Shown here: positions 60,251 through 64,000 of the stretch, one piece after another
Layout of the letters: every line of letters begins with the position of its first letter
Position numbering within the stretch: the stretch's first letter is position 1
Origin: Octopus bimaculoides
Lineage: Eukaryota
Assembly (NCBI RefSeq): GCF_001194135.2
Contig: NC_069001.1
Location: 24,047,207 to 24,111,206, forward strand
Direction of reading: 5' to 3'
DNA length: 64,000 nt
Program-made: the position numbers and the translations under genes
Notes under the pieces: generated by a model
What the model saw: only the letters and a program-made list of their open reading frames with translations
Database searches by the model: none
What the model was told of the DNA's origin: nothing

Positions 60251-61199
60251 CTGTGTGCTTTAATGCCCCTCTGCACAGGTACTTTTATGCTTGTGCAGCA
60301 TCATGCATATATATATATGTATGTATATATACACACACTACCACATACTCACACATACACTAATATGTGCTTATTTGTATATGCATGTAAATATGTGCAT
60401 ACATGTATGAATAATATTCTTGATTGCAGATATGTATTTGGATTTGAGGAGATGTGTGTTTGTACGTGCTTATGTGTGCATGCATGCTCGTTTGTGTGTG
60501 TAAGTGTGAGAGAGAGAGAGAATAAGTGTGTGGATCATTCTAGGAGTGAAGTTATATTTGATATATGTTAATATATTAACCTCTATCTATTTGTTTGTGT
60601 GTGTATTAAAATTTCCTATTCTAGTTACAATTACGCTGGAATCTGTGTATATGTATGTATGTATTTCTGTCTATATACATGTCTCTCTCAATGTCTGTAT
60701 GTATTTCTCTCTCTCTTTCTCTGTGAGTATCATTCGATTCTGTGTGATTGTATATGAAGGTGGTGCATTTCTATGTAAAGCGAAAGATTATTTCATTAAT
60801 ATTCAGCAAACATCTATTTGATCTCTCTGAAGCCTTAGATAGGAGTTTGAGATTGCTCGCAGCAATCTTTCATTTTATTAGTATGAGCTGGCTGTAAAAG
60901 TTTCACTTTTCATTCTTTCCTTTCGTTTTCCTTCTCTTCTACTTATTTTCTCCTCCTTCTCCTCTTCCTTCTCTTTAACTTTGTTTTCATTGTTTTTGTC
61001 TTTCATCAGTTGTTTTTCTTCTCTTTGGCAACATCTTCCTCATCCTCCTTCCCCTTCTTTCCTACTTTCTTGCCTTCTAGTCATTTTGGGGACTAGCCTA
61101 TATATATGTATATGTGTATGTTTGTGTAATCATATAGATGAATATTTTATATTGATGATGAAAATAATTCTTTTGTGCAAAGCGATTAGTCAAAAGGCT

Positions 61200-61450
61200 C
61201 AATAAATTTGAAAAGAATCAGATTAACATTATAATACAATAACTTATAAGTACAACCTTAATGAAGAAACACTTGAAAATATAATCAAGCTATATATTGA
61301 AATAAATATACACTAGAGGTACCTGTGAAAATTCCACAATTATTTTGAGAGCTACGAGAGTGCTAAAGTTTATTAGAGGACAATGAAACAAAACTTCTTT
61401 AAGAAAAGACAATATTCTAAAGTATTTGACACTCAAGATAGTGTCAAGTT
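61200..61450 (+). mobile_element. Very decayed CR1/L2-like RT C-terminal remnant
   Basis: YKYNLNEETLEN...KFH...AKV...MKQNF loosely resembles YxLNGxxLE..HI..A..IKRNF. Confidence 0.3.
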
Positions 61451-61806
61451 GACATAGGCAGGACTGAAGGGGCAGTCTTCATAACAAAAGATGTGGTTTG
61501 CAGAAGAAGGAGGACCTATGACAACTACATCTTTTGTTATGTGTTTTTTCTAAATTCTTCTTCTAACTTGTGAATTGTCATCTGTTATTTTTAGTTTTAT
61601 ATTAAGAAATAAACAAACACTAGAAATAGTAACATGTAATTGTCTGTGAGAAAATTTCGGTTCACTTTACTTCTTTTTATTGAAATGTATTGAAAATATA
61701 CTGAAAGAATAATGCATGTGTACATACACACATATCTATACATACATATGTGTTTATGTACGTATATGTATGTATAAGCATATATATGCATATGTGTGTG
61801 TATATG

Positions 61807-61861
<55 letters not shown>

Positions 61862-62044
61862 GTGTGTATGTATGAATAGCAAATATTTTAAACAACCATA
61901 ATTAGACAATAAAATTATAAACAATCTCGCTATAATATTTTTCTGCTTTTACATGTCTATATTGATAATGCATTGACAAATGTTAATATGCTTCACTGCA
62001 TCCGTATTTTTATATCGACTGATTCTGTTAAAGATATGAGATCT

Positions 62045-62345
62045 TATCTCGGTCTACACTGTAAAGTGGTTGGCATTTGGAAGGGCATCTGGCTGTAAAA
62101 ACCTTGCCAAACTGACCTCAACTGTGTTTGTGCTGTGTAAAAAGCACTCAGTCCATTCTGCAGGGTGGCTGGTGTTAGGAAGGGCATTAAGCCATAAAAA
62201 CCTTGCCAAAACAGACACAGAAGTCTGGTGCAGGCTCCTGCCCGGCCAGCTCCTGTCAAACCGTCAAACTGTCAAACCGTCAAACTGTCAAACCGTCCAA
62301 CTCATGCCAGCATGGAAGGTAGATGTTAAACGACGATGATGATGA
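62045..62345 (+). mobile_element. RTE 3' UTR fragment with a 16-bp internal tandem repeat (CTGTCAAACCGTCAAA x3)
   Basis: Homology to the RTE tail; (TGA)n end. Confidence 0.8.
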
Positions 62346-62459
62346 TGTCATGTTTGGGTTTGGCAGTTCAAATGTAGAAAGCAGAACGTTTAAACTAATT
62401 GAAGATGCCCATGCATTTAGCTGATGCACATCTCTCTAAATGATACTTATTAGCTTTCA

Positions 62460-62995
62460 TCATCATCATCATCCTTTAACATCCATTTCAGAAGCTGGCA
62501 TAGGTTGGATGGTTTGTCTCAAGCTGGCAAGCCAGAGAGCTGCAGGAGGTTCCAGTCTGATTTGGCTTGGTGTCAACAGTTGGAGGCCCTTCCTAATGCT
62601 AACAACTTTACAGTGTATGCTGAATACTTTTAATGTGACACCAGCACACACACATACTAATATATGGCACTGGCACGAGTGCTTATTATGTGGCGCCGGT
62701 GTAACTGCATATTATGTGGCACCAGCACAGGATTCTTGCAGGCCAATCCCCTTAACCAGGATATGTGACCTTAACACTTCTACTGTGGAGGACGGGGGTC
62801 TTCTTGAGTAGAGCAAAATGTCAGGTATCTTGATCCTTGGTCATCTCATCTGAAGGGTTCAGCATTCTGAGGTTGTCCTTCAGTACTTTGTCCCATGTCT
62901 TCCTAGGTTTCCCTCTTCCATGAGTTCCTGGCTCTTCTTTATGTCCGCATCCATCCACATCACATGACCAAACCAGCACAGCTTTCTCTCCTGCA
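62460..62995 (-). mobile_element. RTE LINE 3' end
   Basis: VQERKLCWFGHVMWMD...HGRGKPRKTWDKVLKDNLRML followed by UTR and tail. Confidence 0.8.
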
Positions 62996-63144
62996 CAATT
63001 TTCTAATTAGAATCCAATGCATCAAAGGTCCTTCCCATGCCAGAGATACATAAGGCTGGTTTTCTGGATTGTGTGGCATATAAAGTTTCTGTCACTGGAT
63101 GGGATATCAGTTTTGCAAAATTACTAACTTTGGCCTGCTGAGTG

Positions 63145-63415
63145 AACTAAGTTATGGGGATATAAATACACCAACCACGGTTGTGAAGTGGTGATGGAGG
63201 ACAAACAATGACACACACAGAAGTACACACACACACACACACACATATGATATAAGGGCTTCTTTCAATTTCCTTCTGACAAATCCATTCACATGGCTTT
63301 GGTTGGCCTGAGGCTATAGTAAAAGACACTTACGCAAGGTGCTATGCAATGAGACTGAACCCAGGACCATGTGGTTGGCAAGCAAGATCCTTATCACACA
63401 GTCACACCTGTGCCT
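63145..63415 (-). mobile_element. SINE-A (3' tail missing)
   Basis: Head, CORE-like region and internal (CA)n. Confidence 0.8.
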
Positions 63416-64000
63416 ATAAAAAAAAACCATCTGCCCTTGGTGAGACTCAAACTCACAACCTTCACATATCTGCTGGCTTCTACTCTCTATAGAGTGAACT
63501 GTCTATAAAGTATGTTGTGCTACTGGGGCAGCTGTGATTCATTCTTTCATGAATTTGGTCATCAACTCGAAACCTCTATCAGTTCTTCTCTTGTGCAAAA
63601 GAACTTAGTGTGATATTGTTCTCATTGTGTAACTCTTGATCTATGATCAAATATGTCACAGATATAATGATTTCAGTTTGTGTTGTTCACTAATTTCTAG
63701 ACAAAGGGTATCAAAGACTGTCCTTTTTTATTTACACAGATACAGTATAATTTGAGAATGATAATGTGTATAAAGGACTCTATTAGTCAATATTTTAGTG
63801 AGGAAATCTAATAAGACAGAAATAAGTCCATTCCATTGCTTTCACCAATTGGTTTTATAGACCAGATCCACTCCAAATCACTCTTGTATAGCATTTTCTG
63901 TATTTTCTAAAATTTCACTTCACTGATCTTACTATAGTCATCTCCCTTTTTGTTGCATTTAGATCTGGTTTTATTTACAGCAAGAGGGCGTTTTTGTCTG

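Noticed and set aside
9635-61901. YIYI, CVCV, THTH, poly-S/G/T/I/D ORFs
   Set aside because: Translations of di- and trinucleotide microsatellites.
3460-63415. tRNA genes
   Set aside because: A/B-box hits are SINE heads followed by SINE bodies; no complete cloverleaf seen.

Overview
This is AT-rich, microsatellite-dense eukaryotic DNA with 10 assembly gaps. The SINE families and repeat landscape suggest an octopus (coleoid cephalopod); that is an inference from recalled repeat consensus, not a database match. I cannot support any host protein-coding gene, rRNA, tRNA gene or CRISPR array. Most listed ORFs are microsatellite, N-gap or antisense artefacts. The window is a mosaic of decayed mobile elements: a Penelope-like RT; Tx1/L1-type LINE pieces (ORF1 with CCHC knuckles, ORF2 ends); a CR1-like LINE; RTE 3' ends; Dong/R4-like and HERO-like restriction-endonuclease LINEs; mariner, DD41D and hAT DNA transposons; and at least four SINE families. 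The most interesting unannotated signals are: (i) several minimal type-I hammerhead ribozymes, one at the 3' end of a Tx1-like LINE; (ii) a recurring (TA)n-anchored asymmetric fold-back architecture in unrelated sequences, often enclosing hammerhead remnants; (iii) two SINE-LINE 3'-tail partnerships (SINE-A with CR1-like, SINE-B with Tx1-like); (iv) a microhomology-flanked inverted templated insertion; and (v) long near-perfect hairpins that could be dsRNA/ADAR substrates. All alignments were done by eye, and element boundaries are approximate unless a motif is quoted.
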